NCBI GenBank assembly: GCA_964390205.1 | Contig: CAYMHL010000001.1 | Span: 15,165 to 66,031 of the forward strand | From: an uncultured Marinobacterium sp. | Lineage (GTDB): Bacteria; Pseudomonadota; Gammaproteobacteria; Pseudomonadales; Balneatricaceae | Direction: 5' to 3' | Length of the DNA: 50,867 bases | Shown here: one piece after another, positions 1 through 10,097 of the stretch | Layout: each line of letters begins with the position of its first letter | Position numbering within the stretch: the stretch's first letter is position 1 | Notes under the pieces: model-generated | What the model was told of the DNA's origin: nothing | The model's database searches: none | What the model saw: only the letters and a program-made list of their open reading frames with translations | Position numbers and translations under genes: made by a program

Positions 1-1047
1 GCCGTGACTGAAGATGATTTCGGCAATCTTCAGCATGATGTCTTCCTTGATCTCGTGATACTTCACCCATTGCGTGGTTTTGGTGAAGGTGTAGACCATG
101 AAATCCAATGACGAGGGCCCAAAACGATTCAAATGTACGATCAGTGTCTGCCGGGTATCGATTTCCGGATGGGACTGCAGCATGGTACGCACATCATCAA
201 CAATCTGCTTGACCCTGGCGGCATCATCGTAGCGCACACCGACATGTTCATAGATGCGGCGATTGCGCATGCGCGAGGGGTTTTCCACGGCGATATTGGC
301 AAAGGTTGCATTAGGCACGTACAGCGGGCGCTGATCGAAGGTACGAATGCGCGTCAGACGCCAGCCAATATGCTCAACCGTGCCTTCAATCTCCTTGTCC
401 GGTGAGCGAATCCAGTCACCCACACGGAAAGGTCTGTCCATATACACCATCAGGCCACCGAAAAAGTTGGCCAGCAGATCCTTGGCGGCGAAACCGACGG
501 CAATACCACCGATACCACCAAACGCCAGAATACCGGAAATACTAACACCTGCAGACTGCAACAGGGTCAGACCTGCCAGTATAACCACAATCAGGCGCAC
601 CACCTTGGCGATGGCATCCGCCGTGGTACGGTCTACCTGCTTGCGTCCCTTGACCGGTGTTGTGAAGTAGGTTTCGGCAGAATTGATAAAGCGCAACAGA
701 CCCCAGACCACCAGCAGAATGGCACCGAAACGACGGACTTCCGTGCCCAAAGATGTGCTGATCGGAAGGCCATTGCGGCTGAAGATCTCCAGCAGCATCG
801 ACAGACCGATCAGCCAGATCAGCAGGCGCAGAGGCGTGCGGATGGACTTGAGCAGCAATTCATCCCACACCGGCGCCTTCTTGCTCAAGTGCTTGATCAA
901 CAACCCGGTGATCCAGCTGAACACCACCGTCAACAACCAAACCAGCGCCACCACCAGCACGGCGGCAACCTGCCAGGCATAATCGGCCAACAACGGCCAG
1001 TGATTGAACAGGGGTTTAAGTACGGGTTCGAGCAGCTGCTCCAGCAT
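1..1047 (-). CDS. MscS-family mechanosensitive channel (YnaI-like), 3' end truncated by window edge
   Basis: Not in ORF track because it runs off the window. Manual translation from ATG at 1047 gives MLEQLLEPVLKP...GILAFGGIGGIAVGFAAKDLLANFFGGLMVYMDRPFRVGDWIRSPDKEIEGTVEHIGWRLTRIRTFD, a typical MscS signature. The start overlaps the nagZ stop (TGATG). Confidence 0.9.
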   Translation of the reverse strand, partial: MLEQLLEPVLKPLFNHWPLLADYAWQVAAVLVVALVWLLTVVFSWITGLLIKHLSKKAPVWDELLLKSIRTPLRLLIWLIGLSMLLEIFSRNGLPISTSLGTEVRRFGAILLVVWGLLRFINSAETYFTTPVKGRKQVDRTTADAIAKVVRLIVVILAGLTLLQSAGVSISGILAFGGIGGIAVGFAAKDLLANFFGGLMVYMDRPFRVGDWIRSPDKEIEGTVEHIGWRLTRIRTFDQRPLYVPNATFANIAVENPSRMRNRRIYEHVGVRYDDAARVKQIVDDVRTMLQSHPEIDTRQTLIVHLNRFGPSSLDFMVYTFTKTTQWVKYHEIKEDIMLKIAEIIFSHG

Positions 1048-2057
1048 CAGGCCTCCTTAATCAATTCCGCAGCCAGCGCCCGGCTCTGCTGCAGGCGCTC
1101 CGGGTCAGGCACCCGAGCCGGTCGAGCACGCATGCGCGCAAGACGATGGGATGCCGGTATCGATTTATTCTGCAGGTGCTGCAGCACTTGGCGCGCACCT
1201 TCGGGATGGTTGCACACCAGCACCATATCGCAACCGGCGGCCAGAGCACGATCACAGCGCTCGGCATAGCTGCCGGCAAGACTGGCGCCTTCCATGCTCA
1301 GGTCATCACTGAAGATGACACCATCGAAGTGCAGGCGCTGGCGAAGAATCTGCTGCAGCCAGAAAGTCGAAAAGCCGGCCGGTGCCGAACAGGCCTGGCG
1401 ATACACAACGTGAGCGGGCATGAGACCATCCAGGCCGCGACGAATCAATGCGTCAAAGGGTCGCAGGTCCTGCTGTTCGATCTCGTCAAAGCTGCGCTCA
1501 TCCACCGGCAGTTCCAAGTGCGAATCGGCCGCTACCCAGCCGTGACCGGGGAAATGTTTGCCGGTTGCCGCCATGCCCGCCTCATGCATGCCGGCCATGA
1601 CACCCCCGGCCAGCTCGGTGACCGCTTCCGCTGTCGGGCCAAAAGCACGGTCGCCAATCACGTCGCTGCGCCCCCAGTCCAGATCCAGCACCGGGGCAAA
1701 ACTCATGTCGATGTCGTATTCACGCAGCTCGGTTGCCATCAACCAGCCCATTTCATGGGCCTGAGCGATCGCCCTGTGCGGGTTGTCCAGCCAGCGCCGA
1801 CCCAGAACCGACATGGGCGGCAGACGGGTAAAGCCGTCACGAAAGCGCTGCACGCGACCGCCTTCCTGATCCACCGCGACCAGCAGATCCGGGCGCAGGG
1901 CTCGAATGGACTGCATCAGGCTGCGCAGCTGTGCGGGATTGTCATAGTTACGGCTGAACAGTATCAGGCCGCCTACCTGAGGGGACTGCAGAAGGCCGGC
2001 CTCATCGGCAGAGAGTGCAAGCCCCTCCAGATCCAGCATCAAAACGCCTGTTGTCAT
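1047..2057 (-). CDS. nagZ: beta-N-acetylhexosaminidase (GH3), peptidoglycan recycling
   Basis: DQEGGRVQR, KHFPGHG...DSH and FSDDLSM motifs. Confidence 0.95.
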   Translation of the reverse strand: MTTGVLMLDLEGLALSADEAGLLQSPQVGGLILFSRNYDNPAQLRSLMQSIRALRPDLLVAVDQEGGRVQRFRDGFTRLPPMSVLGRRWLDNPHRAIAQAHEMGWLMATELREYDIDMSFAPVLDLDWGRSDVIGDRAFGPTAEAVTELAGGVMAGMHEAGMAATGKHFPGHGWVAADSHLELPVDERSFDEIEQQDLRPFDALIRRGLDGLMPAHVVYRQACSAPAGFSTFWLQQILRQRLHFDGVIFSDDLSMEGASLAGSYAERCDRALAAGCDMVLVCNHPEGARQVLQHLQNKSIPASHRLARMRARPARVPDPERLQQSRALAAELIKEA

Positions 2058-2063
2058 AGTTGA

Positions 2064-2546
2064 TCACTCTTCAATCAGAACGGGCGTACCCGGTTGCACT
2101 TGATCAAACAGCTCGATTAGATCGGCATTGCGCATCCGGATGCAGCCATGAGAACGCGGCACACCCATGGGCTCGGTGTCGGGTGTGCCATGAATGTAGA
2201 TGTAGCGGCGCTGTGTATCCACCTGGCCACTACGATTGAAACCCTTTTCCAGACCACACAGCCAGAGTATTCGGCTCAGGATCCAGTCGCGCTCGGGATT
2301 CGCCTCACCCAGCTCCGCCGTATAGATTTCGCCGGTCGGGCGGCGACCAATGAACACGGCACCGCTGGGCTGATCGCGGCCGATACAGGCCCTGATATAG
2401 TGCTGCCCACGTGGGGTGCAACCGGATCCGTTGGCTTCGCCCGCACCGGCCAGTGCCGTCGAAACGGGGTATTGACGCCTGACCTTGCCCCCATCCATCA
2501 ACAGCAGTTCCTGGCCGGCCAGGGAAACCCGAATCCGCAGCGACAT
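2064..2546 (-). CDS. L,D-transpeptidase (YkuD domain) protein
   Basis: IYIHGT...SHGCIRM catalytic His/Cys motif. Confidence 0.9.
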   Translation of the reverse strand: MSLRIRVSLAGQELLLMDGGKVRRQYPVSTALAGAGEANGSGCTPRGQHYIRACIGRDQPSGAVFIGRRPTGEIYTAELGEANPERDWILSRILWLCGLEKGFNRSGQVDTQRRYIYIHGTPDTEPMGVPRSHGCIRMRNADLIELFDQVQPGTPVLIEE

Positions 2547-3208
2547 CAGTGCTCCTGACCCGGCGCCTGCATGCCGGCACAGATCACCGGAATCATCCGC
2601 TGCAGAATAACTTCCACTTCGATCTCTTCCCGTGCTTCAGGCTGATCAAGAGCCACCAGAGCATGCATGTTGGACAGGGTAAAAATCACTGACCCCATCA
2701 AAAAATGCAGGCGCCAGAAAAACTCTCGCTCGCTGAGTGCACGGTTGTTTTCACGCAGATAGTGAAGGAAGACGGCGATACGCTTGCCATATTGATCACG
2801 CAAAAACTGTTGCAGATCCTGCTGAGACGGACGATAGGCCTGATCCAGCAGCCGCATCAGTACCGCCAGCGCATAATCATTGCGATAGTGCACCCGCACC
2901 AGCGCCACGGCCAGAATCTGCATTAACTCGGTCAACGCCGGGGCCGGTGCATTGCTCCCGCGTCTGGCCAGACCTTCTTCGATGGCATCACACAGCGGTG
3001 TCAGAGACTGTTCCGCCACCGATTGAATCAACCCCTTCTTGGAACCGAAATGGTAGTTGACCGCCGCCAGATTCACATCGGCCAGACTGGTAATCTGGCG
3101 CATGGTGGTTTCCTTGAAACCCTGTTCGGCAAAGAGTTTCTCCGCTGCCTGAATAATGCGACTCGACGTATCAGCGGTCGGGTACATGGACGTGTTATCC
3201 GCGGACAT
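2546..3208 (-). CDS. TetR-family regulator, PsrA-like
   Basis: N-terminal HTH (AEKLFAEQGFKETTMRQITSLADVNLAAVNYHFGSK), C-terminal FWRLHFLMGS motif, and position upstream of nagZ as in Pseudomonas. Start chosen at ATG 3208 after a GGGGAA RBS. Confidence 0.8.
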   Translation of the reverse strand: MSADNTSMYPTADTSSRIIQAAEKLFAEQGFKETTMRQITSLADVNLAAVNYHFGSKKGLIQSVAEQSLTPLCDAIEEGLARRGSNAPAPALTELMQILAVALVRVHYRNDYALAVLMRLLDQAYRPSQQDLQQFLRDQYGKRIAVFLHYLRENNRALSEREFFWRLHFLMGSVIFTLSNMHALVALDQPEAREEIEVEVILQRMIPVICAGMQAPGQEH

Positions 3209-3234
3209 AGTAGTAGTTTTTCCCCATTTAAGCC

Positions 3235-3255
3235 TCGGCATGGCTGCCATGCCGA
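3235..3255. terminator. hairpin between sohB and the psrA-like gene
   Basis: TCGGCATGG-CTG-CCATGCCGA perfect 9-bp stem with no strong U-tract. Confidence 0.4.
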
Positions 3256-3266
3256 CCTTCCCGGAA

Positions 3267-4331
3267 TTAACGTGACAGCAGACGACTGTTGCTCACTCGC
3301 TGCCACCAGCGCAGCAGTAAATTGTCGGACGTATTCACTGCCAACTGGCCAAGCCGTTCCTGCAAGCCCATTTTGACCTCGTAATGCAGTGCAAAGACAT
3401 CATGCTCCTGACAGAGTTCGAACAGATAATCATCGCTGGTGGCAATGGCATCAATCAGTTTCTCGTCAAGGGCTCGACGACCAAACCAGACTTCACCGGT
3501 TGCCACCTTGTCCAGATCCAATTGCGGACGGTATTCAGCCACAAAGGACTTGAACAGATCATGAGTATCTTCCAGCTCTTCGATGAATTTTTCTCGTCCC
3601 TTGTCGGTGTTCTCACCAAAGACGGTCAGCGTGCGCTTATACTCACCGGCAGTCAGGACTTCATAATCCACGTCATGCTTCTGCAGCAGGCGATGGAAGT
3701 TCGGCAACTGGGCAACCACGCCGATGGAACCCACCAGGGCAAAAGGCGCTGCAACCAGATGATCGGCGATACAGGCCATCATGTAGCCACCGCTGGCCGC
3801 GACCCTGTCAACGCAGATCGTCAGGCGAACACCCCTGCTTTTAATCCGCTCCAACTGGGAGCTGGCCAGACCATAGGCATGCACCAGTCCGCCGGGGCTT
3901 TCCAGGCGCACAACGACCTCGTCATCCTTGTCGGCAATGGTGAGTACGGCAGTGACCTCTTCACGCAGAGATTCCACGGCAGAGGCATGAATATCGCCAT
4001 CAAAGTCGAGCACGAATACGCGCTTGCGCGGCTTCTCAGGTTCCTTGCCCTGCTTGAGGGTCTTTTTCAGCGCCTTGGCTTCCGCCTTTTCCTGCTTGCG
4101 CCGAGCCTTTTCGTGCTGTTTTGCCAACGCCTCGTCTACCACGGACGCTTCGATATCGGTCTTCATGTCTTCAAGATGATCATTGAGGCTTTTAACCTCA
4201 ATATGACCCTCTCGATGTTCCCGACGCCGCTCCACCAGCGCACCTATTCCGCCGATCAACAGGAGTACACCGGCAATCAGGGTAATGACTTTGGCCAAGA
4301 AGAGGCCGTATTCCACAAAAAAGGCTGTCAA
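3267..4331 (-). CDS. sohB: inner-membrane S49 peptidase SohB
   Basis: N-terminal TM (EYGLFLAK), RLESPGG, VAASGGYMMAC and TAGEYKRTLT motifs. TTG start at 4331 inferred from a GGAGAG RBS. Confidence 0.92.
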   Translation of the reverse strand: MTAFFVEYGLFLAKVITLIAGVLLLIGGIGALVERRREHREGHIEVKSLNDHLEDMKTDIEASVVDEALAKQHEKARRKQEKAEAKALKKTLKQGKEPEKPRKRVFVLDFDGDIHASAVESLREEVTAVLTIADKDDEVVVRLESPGGLVHAYGLASSQLERIKSRGVRLTICVDRVAASGGYMMACIADHLVAAPFALVGSIGVVAQLPNFHRLLQKHDVDYEVLTAGEYKRTLTVFGENTDKGREKFIEELEDTHDLFKSFVAEYRPQLDLDKVATGEVWFGRRALDEKLIDAIATSDDYLFELCQEHDVFALHYEVKMGLQERLGQLAVNTSDNLLLRWWQRVSNSRLLSR

Positions 4332-4435
4332 TCTATCTCTCCGCTCAGGCACAGGGATTCGCTTCAGAGTTCGCGCTACTGTACCATAAACCCGATAGAG
4401 ATCATGCCCATATGCTTTTCAGGACAAGACCCGCC

Positions 4436-4759
4436 ATGACATCGCCTCTGACGCTCGAACGCATCGTCAACAAGCTGCCGGAAAAATTCAACCCTGACCA
4501 AGCCAAGGGGCTGAATGCGGTGTTTCAATTCCGACTGACGGATGCCGAGTCGTTTTTTATCCGCATTGCAGAGGACAGCTGTCAGAGCCGCTTCGGCGAG
4601 CATGATGATCCCAACCTGGTGCTGCATCTGGACGAAGACACCCTGATCAGAGTGATCAGCGGCGAACAGGATGGCATGAGCGCCTACCTGAAGGGGCAGT
4701 TGCGTGCCGAGGGCAACGTGATGCTGGCCACCCGGCTGGGTAAGCTGTTCAGTCGCTGA
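4436..4759 (+). CDS. SCP2 sterol/lipid-binding domain protein
   Basis: FNPDQAKGLNAVFQF...GMSAYLKGQLRAEGNVMLA, typical SCP2. Confidence 0.85.
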   Translation: MTSPLTLERIVNKLPEKFNPDQAKGLNAVFQFRLTDAESFFIRIAEDSCQSRFGEHDDPNLVLHLDEDTLIRVISGEQDGMSAYLKGQLRAEGNVMLATRLGKLFSR

Positions 4760-5525
4760 ACCCCTCCTGCTCGGCGAAGAAGCGATCGATCAGCTGTCGC
4801 GAGATACTGAACGGCGGCGGCAGGTCCGGCAGGTTGTCGCGCCCGAACCACCCCGCTTCAAGAATCTCGTCACCATCGGGCACCAGTTCGCCACCGGCAT
4901 AATCGGCAAAGAAACCCAGCATCAATTGATGCGGAAACGGCCATGCCTGACTGGCGAAGAATTGCAGATTCTTGACCTCGACCCCCACTTCCTCCCGAAT
5001 TTCGCGATGCACGGCCGCTTCGGCGCTTTCGCCTGCTTCCACAAAACCTGCCAGCGTACTGAATCGACCCGGCGGGAAACGACCTGACCGCGCCAGCAAG
5101 CACTGACTGCCACGGCGCACCAGCACAATGATACAGGGTGAAATGCGCGGATACTGCACCAGCTCACAGGCAGGACAGGCTCTGGCCAGGTCCCGTTCAT
5201 GGACCACCAGCTCGGTGCCACAGCGACCGCAAAAACGGTGTTGATCAAACCAGGTCGCCAACTGAGAGGCCCGCGCCAACCGCGCATACTCGGCTTCATC
5301 CTCGGCCTGCGCCAGCGCACGGCGCAAACTCATGTCGACACTCAGCCCTGGCGGACAACGACGCAACACCTGCAGGCAATAGCCGTCATCGACGGACAGG
5401 CCCTGCTCAATATCGTCGCTAAACGCCTGCAGCTCTGTCAGGGAAAACTCCAGTGACTCGCCCCGCCAGAGCAACTGACCTGCATGACAGAGATAGTGAC
5501 GTTCCGCAGAGGCTTTTTCCGTCAT
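4749..5525 (-). CDS. nudC: NAD(+) diphosphatase / NAD-cap decapping Nudix enzyme
   Basis: Zn finger CGRC..CPAC, Nudix box GFVEAGESAEAAVHREIREEVGV and SQAWPFP motif. Confidence 0.93.
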   Translation of the reverse strand: MTEKASAERHYLCHAGQLLWRGESLEFSLTELQAFSDDIEQGLSVDDGYCLQVLRRCPPGLSVDMSLRRALAQAEDEAEYARLARASQLATWFDQHRFCGRCGTELVVHERDLARACPACELVQYPRISPCIIVLVRRGSQCLLARSGRFPPGRFSTLAGFVEAGESAEAAVHREIREEVGVEVKNLQFFASQAWPFPHQLMLGFFADYAGGELVPDGDEILEAGWFGRDNLPDLPPPFSISRQLIDRFFAEQEGFSD

Positions 5526-6250
5526 CAGGCATGATCCTGCACGTTCAGGCGACGCCAGACGGCACCCTCGCTTTTCTTGTCCAGCAGATCCAGAAAGGCA
5601 TCATGCTGCGCCAGCTCGTCCACCGATGCACGCACTACTTTCAGCGCCAGCCCCTCGGCACTAACGCGCCGAATCGGTTCATCCGCGGAGTCATCCCCCT
5701 GCGCCGACTGCCCCAACTGCAGACTGGTCTGGCCACCGGTCAGGGCCAGATAGACATCTGCCAGAATCTCGGAGTCAAGCAAGGCGCCATGCAGTTCACG
5801 ATGGGAGTTGTCGATACCATAGCGACGGCAGAGCGCATCCAGGCTATTGCGCTGGCCGGGAAACTTCCGGCGCGCCAGTGCCAGGGTATCGGTAACGGTG
5901 CAGATCTGCTCCATCCGCTCACTGAACCCGTTGCGGGCCAGCTCGGCATCCAGGAAGCCGATGTCGAACGCCGCATTGTGGATGATCAGCTCCGCCCCGC
6001 GAACAAACTCGAGGAATGCAGCACCCAATTCGGCAAATTTGGGCTTGTCGACCAGGAACTCGTTGGTGATGCCGTGCACCTCTATGGCTTCAGCTTCCAC
6101 CTCGCGATCCGGCTTCAAATACTCATGCCAGGTATTGCCGGTCAGCTTGCGCCGTACCATTTCGACACAGCCGATCTCGATGATGTTGTGACCGGCATCC
6201 GGATCAATACCGGTGGTTTCGGTATCGAGAATAATCTGACGTGCGCTCAC
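5525..6250 (-). CDS. dnaQ: DNA polymerase III epsilon subunit
   Basis: LDTETTG (ExoI), HNAAFD and [10 protein letters not shown] motifs. Confidence 0.96.
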   Translation of the reverse strand: MSARQIILDTETTGIDPDAGHNIIEIGCVEMVRRKLTGNTWHEYLKPDREVEAEAIEVHGITNEFLVDKPKFAELGAAFLEFVRGAELIIHNAAFDIGFLDAELARNGFSERMEQICTVTDTLALARRKFPGQRNSLDALCRRYGIDNSHRELHGALLDSEILADVYLALTGGQTSLQLGQSAQGDDSADEPIRRVSAEGLALKVVRASVDELAQHDAFLDLLDKKSEGAVWRRLNVQDHA

Positions 6251-6687
6251 GACTTGCCGTACTCCTCTACGCCTCGATTCGCCAGCTGATCGGCGCGCTC
6301 ATTCTCGGCGTGGCCGCTGTGCCCCTTGACCCAGTGCCAATCGATCTCGTGACGAACCACCTGCTCATCCAATGCCTGCCAGAGATCCTGATTCTTCACT
6401 GGCTGCCTGGACGCCGTTTTCCAGCCATTACGCTTCCAGCCCGCCAGCCAACTCATAATGCCCTGGCGCAGATACTGCGAATCAGTGGTTAAAACCACTC
6501 TGCAGGGACGCTTGAGACTGGCCAGTGCAGAGATGGCCGCCTGCAGCTCCATGCGGTTGTTGGTCGTCTCAGGCGCACCACCATAAAGTTCCTTTTCCTG
6601 ATCACCATAGCGCAGCAAGGCGCCCCAGCCACCCGGTCCCGGGTTGCCCTTGCAGGCACCATCCGTAAAAATTTCTACAGCTTTCAA
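6247..6687 (-). CDS. rnhA: ribonuclease HI
   Basis: [22 protein letters not shown] and [11 protein letters not shown] motifs. Probable TTG start at 6687 overlaps the upstream stop (TTGA), with a GAGG RBS. Confidence 0.95.
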   Translation of the reverse strand: MKAVEIFTDGACKGNPGPGGWGALLRYGDQEKELYGGAPETTNNRMELQAAISALASLKRPCRVVLTTDSQYLRQGIMSWLAGWKRNGWKTASRQPVKNQDLWQALDEQVVRHEIDWHWVKGHSGHAENERADQLANRGVEEYGKS

Positions 6688-7451
6688 ATACTTTTTCCTC
6701 TGGCAGTCGGTTTCGGCTCGGCCACCGGCATGCCAAGCAAGCGTTTCTGTTTCCACTCCGGCCTTAGCGGCGTCATGCCGGCCACATCCTTGCGTGCCAA
6801 CACCATCAATGCCGCGCCACTGTGCAGCGGCAGACGTCGGCTGCAGCACTCAAACAGCCCCAGCCGACGGCGCCAGTGCAGACTCTCGAGGGGCAGGTGG
6901 TGGCAGGCACTGCGCGTTTTGAGTTCAGTCATCTGCAGCAACCCCAGCCAGTCGTGCAAACGCCCCTGACCAATGAAATGGCCACTCCACAGGGGCGGCG
7001 TGCGGCGCTTGAAGTAACGCCACAGACCCCAGTAGCTGGCCGGATTGAAGCTGAAGCTGAGCAAATGGCCACCGGGGCGCAACACTCGGGCTGCTTCACG
7101 CAACACCTGATGCGGGTTGTCGGCATAGTCCAGCGCATGATGCAGGATCACCACATCGATCTCATTGGACACCACGGGGAGCTCACTGGGCTGAGCCACC
7201 AGCGTACGCTTGTCGGCACCCAACTGCATCTGTGGAATAAGCTTCACCTTGCGCGAGACCGGACTGGCACTGAACAAACACTGACGATGGTCCCAGCCCA
7301 CCTGCAACAGGTGGTAGCCAAACAGCGTCGGCAGTACCTGCTCGGCAAAGGCCTGCTCCTGCTGCAGCAACTCCTGCCCCAAAGGGCTATCAAACCATTC
7401 GCTGAGCAAGGGTATCAGCTGCGCGTAAGGCAATTGCTCGGTAAACTTCAT
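6684..7451 (-). CDS. class I SAM-dependent methyltransferase (YafS-like)
   Basis: [17 protein letters not shown] and [16 protein letters not shown] motifs, in the conserved gloB/yafS/rnhA context. Confidence 0.85.
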   Translation of the reverse strand: MKFTEQLPYAQLIPLLSEWFDSPLGQELLQQEQAFAEQVLPTLFGYHLLQVGWDHRQCLFSASPVSRKVKLIPQMQLGADKRTLVAQPSELPVVSNEIDVVILHHALDYADNPHQVLREAARVLRPGGHLLSFSFNPASYWGLWRYFKRRTPPLWSGHFIGQGRLHDWLGLLQMTELKTRSACHHLPLESLHWRRRLGLFECCSRRLPLHSGAALMVLARKDVAGMTPLRPEWKQKRLLGMPVAEPKPTARGKSI

Positions 7452-7482
7452 GCAAAGCCCCTGTACCGGCCTGAATCTGAAT

Positions 7483-7498
7483 GTGTTTCAGTATACAG
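7483..7498 (-). promoter_or_regulatory. possible LexA (SOS) box overlapping a TATACT -10 element
   Basis: Minus strand reads CTGTATACTGAAACAC versus consensus CTGT-N8-ACAG, one core mismatch. Confidence 0.35.
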
Positions 7499-7562
7499 TA
7501 CCCGCAAAGGGCGCTGAACCTGGAATTGCCCTGTCCACTGCCGCAACCAACAGGAAATCATC

Positions 7563-8339
7563 ATGTTTACCGTCACCCCCATTCCAGCCTTCAATGACAA
7601 CTATATCTGGGCCCTGACCACGGCGAACCATCCCGACGTTGCTGTCGTCGTTGACCCAGGTGACGCCGCACCGGTTCTGCAGTGGCTGACGCAGCAAGGA
7701 CGCACGCTGAAGGCAATCCTGATTACGCATCACCATAATGATCATACCGGTGGGGTCAAGGCACTGCGCCAGCAGTTCGACGTTCCTGTATACGGCCCTG
7801 ACGACTCCCCTTTTGATGGCATTACCCATCCGCTGCGCAACGACGACCGGCTGGAACTGCTCGGGCACGCGCTGATCGTACATGAGGTGCCCGCCCATAC
7901 CCGTGATCATATCAGCTACCTGCAGCCGGATGAGACCCCTCAGCTGTTCTGTGGCGACACCCTGTTTCTGGCCGGCTGTGGTCGCCTGTTTGAAGGCAGC
8001 GCCCGACAGATGCTGGCAGCCATGCACTACTTTGCCGCCCTGGATGACAGCACCGAGGTGTATTGCACCCACGAATACTCGCTCTCCAACCTGGCTTTTG
8101 CCGCCAGCGTTGAACCGGATAATATCGATATTCAGCACACCCACGAGCAGTGCCATCAGCTGCGTCATGCCCACAAGCCTACACTGCCGTCTTCCATCGG
8201 TGCCGAGAAACGGATCAACCCGTTCATGCGTACTGCTCAGGCCACTGTAGCGCGTGCGGCGGAACACTTCTGTGGCAACCCGCTGCATTCCGAGGTGGAA
8301 GTGCTCGCTGCGCTGCGGGAATGGAAAAACCAGTTCTGA
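7563..8339 (+). CDS. gloB: hydroxyacylglutathione hydrolase (glyoxalase II)
   Basis: THHHNDH metallo-beta-lactamase motif, FCGDTLF and CTHEY. Confidence 0.95.
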   Translation: MFTVTPIPAFNDNYIWALTTANHPDVAVVVDPGDAAPVLQWLTQQGRTLKAILITHHHNDHTGGVKALRQQFDVPVYGPDDSPFDGITHPLRNDDRLELLGHALIVHEVPAHTRDHISYLQPDETPQLFCGDTLFLAGCGRLFEGSARQMLAAMHYFAALDDSTEVYCTHEYSLSNLAFAASVEPDNIDIQHTHEQCHQLRHAHKPTLPSSIGAEKRINPFMRTAQATVARAAEHFCGNPLHSEVEVLAALREWKNQF

Positions 8340-8368
8340 TTGACCCTCTCCACCGGGGTCCATAGAAT
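8340..8368 (+). promoter_or_regulatory. sigma70 promoter of mltD
   Basis: TTGACC-N17-TAGAAT. Confidence 0.6.
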
Positions 8369-8403
8369 CATGTTTTTTATGGTTATTTCAGGACTGAAAT
8401 TCG

Positions 8404-9783
8404 ATGCGACTTGTACCTGCCGCCGTGATGGCCGCGACATTGGGAGTGTTTCTTGCCGGCTGCCAAACCCAATCCGTACAACCTCAAACAACGGAATATG
8501 TGAAACCATCCAAACCGGCAGCCGGCAAGCATTTGACCTCCTCCGGTCAACCGACTCAGACTGAACAGGATCTATGGACCCTGACCCGGCAGCACATGCA
8601 GCTGCCGCTGGACCTGGAACACCCGCGCATCCAAACCCAGCTTAACTGGTATGAGCGCCACCCCAACGACCTCAAGCGGGTAACCGAACGCGCCCAACCC
8701 TATTATCACTTCATTCTGAACGAAGTGCTCAAGCGCGACATGCCGGCCGAGATAGCACTGTTGCCGGTGGTTGAAAGTGCCTACAACCCCTTTGCCTATT
8801 CTCACAGCCGCGCCGCCGGCCCCTGGCAGTTTATCCCCGGTACCGCCCGCCATTTCGGCCTTAAATCCAGCTGGTGGTACGATGGTCGCCGTGACATTCT
8901 GGCGTCAACCGATGCGGCTCTGACCTATCTGCAGCAACTGAATGAGCGCTTCGACGGTGATTGGCTACTGGCGCTGGCAGCGTATAACGCCGGTGGCGGC
9001 ACAGTAAGCCGAGCGATGCGACGCAATCGCGAGCAGGGCAAGCCCACCGATTTCTGGTCACTCGACCTGCCCCGTGAAACTCAGGCCTATGTACCCAAGT
9101 TGCTGGCCGTATCCAGACTGGTGCGTGATGCCGATGAGCTGGGCCTGGCACTGACACCCATCGACAACAAGCCGCATTTCGAAATCGTAGAAACCGGCGG
9201 TCAGATCGATTTGGCCCAAGTCGCACAGATGGCCGAACTGGAACTCAAGGCGCTGTACCAGCTCAATCCCGGCTTCAATCGCTGGGCAACGGATCCCGAA
9301 GGCCCCCATCAACTGCTGGTTCCGGTCGAAAAGGCGGCACTATTGCGTGACCAACTGGCCGATTTGCCACCCGAAGAGCGCGTCAGCTGGCATCACTACC
9401 AAGTCAAATCCGGTGACACTCTGAGCACTATTGCCCGACGCTTCAAAAGCTCCGTGGACGTCATTCGACAGGGCAACAAGCTGACCAACAACACCATCCG
9501 CATTGGCCAGAGCCTGGTTGTACCCAAGCCCTCACGCGATGCCGGCAACTACGCACTGAGTGAACCTCAGCGCAAGGCTGTACGCATTGCACAAGGTAAA
9601 CAGCAACAGAATCGCAAGCTCTTGCACCAGGTGAATGCCGGCGAGAGCTTCTGGAGCATCGCCAGACGTTACGGTGTTGGTGTACGCGAGCTGGCCAACT
9701 GGAACCAAATGGCGCCAGGCGATACCCTGCATGCTGGTCAGTCACTGACCCTGTATGTCAATCAAAGTGCCGATGCGAGCTAA
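8404..9783 (+). CDS. mltD: membrane-bound lytic murein transglycosylase D (SLT + 2 LysM), lipoprotein
   Basis: Lipobox LAGC, VESAYNP catalytic Glu, AAYNAG and two LysM repeats. Confidence 0.92.
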   Translation: MRLVPAAVMAATLGVFLAGCQTQSVQPQTTEYVKPSKPAAGKHLTSSGQPTQTEQDLWTLTRQHMQLPLDLEHPRIQTQLNWYERHPNDLKRVTERAQPYYHFILNEVLKRDMPAEIALLPVVESAYNPFAYSHSRAAGPWQFIPGTARHFGLKSSWWYDGRRDILASTDAALTYLQQLNERFDGDWLLALAAYNAGGGTVSRAMRRNREQGKPTDFWSLDLPRETQAYVPKLLAVSRLVRDADELGLALTPIDNKPHFEIVETGGQIDLAQVAQMAELELKALYQLNPGFNRWATDPEGPHQLLVPVEKAALLRDQLADLPPEERVSWHHYQVKSGDTLSTIARRFKSSVDVIRQGNKLTNNTIRIGQSLVVPKPSRDAGNYALSEPQRKAVRIAQGKQQQNRKLLHQVNAGESFWSIARRYGVGVRELANWNQMAPGDTLHAGQSLTLYVNQSADAS

Positions 9784-9786
9784 ACC

Positions 9787-10038
9787 ATGGATGCCCTGAG
9801 CCTATTCATCATCATCGTATCCGTCGTGTTGGCGATCCTGTTCAAATGGATACTGATTCGCAAGATCCAGCGCTGGATGGATCAGGACCTGATCAAACAG
9901 TTGTCCGGCGGTGATCCGGCACTGCAGGGACGCCTGCAGCAACACCACGACGAACTGGCAGCACAGGGCATCAAACGTTCACAACGTCATGAGCGCCTGC
10001 ATGCCTACGTCCGCGATATCGAACCTGCACAGGATTGA
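9787..10038 (+). CDS. small hypothetical membrane protein
   Basis: 83 aa with one N-terminal hydrophobic helix followed by RKIQRWMDQDL. Starts 3 nt after the mltD stop. Confidence 0.7.
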   Translation: MDALSLFIIIVSVVLAILFKWILIRKIQRWMDQDLIKQLSGGDPALQGRLQQHHDELAAQGIKRSQRHERLHAYVRDIEPAQD

Positions 10039-10039
10039 A

Positions 10040-10068
10040 TTGTCACAGGCTTTTGAATTCATTATAAG
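10040..10068 (+). promoter_or_regulatory. possible sigma70 promoter of the yej operon
   Basis: TTGTCA-N17-TATAAG. Confidence 0.4.
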
Positions 10069-10097
10069 AATCACTGCATAACCGAAAGGGGAATACC

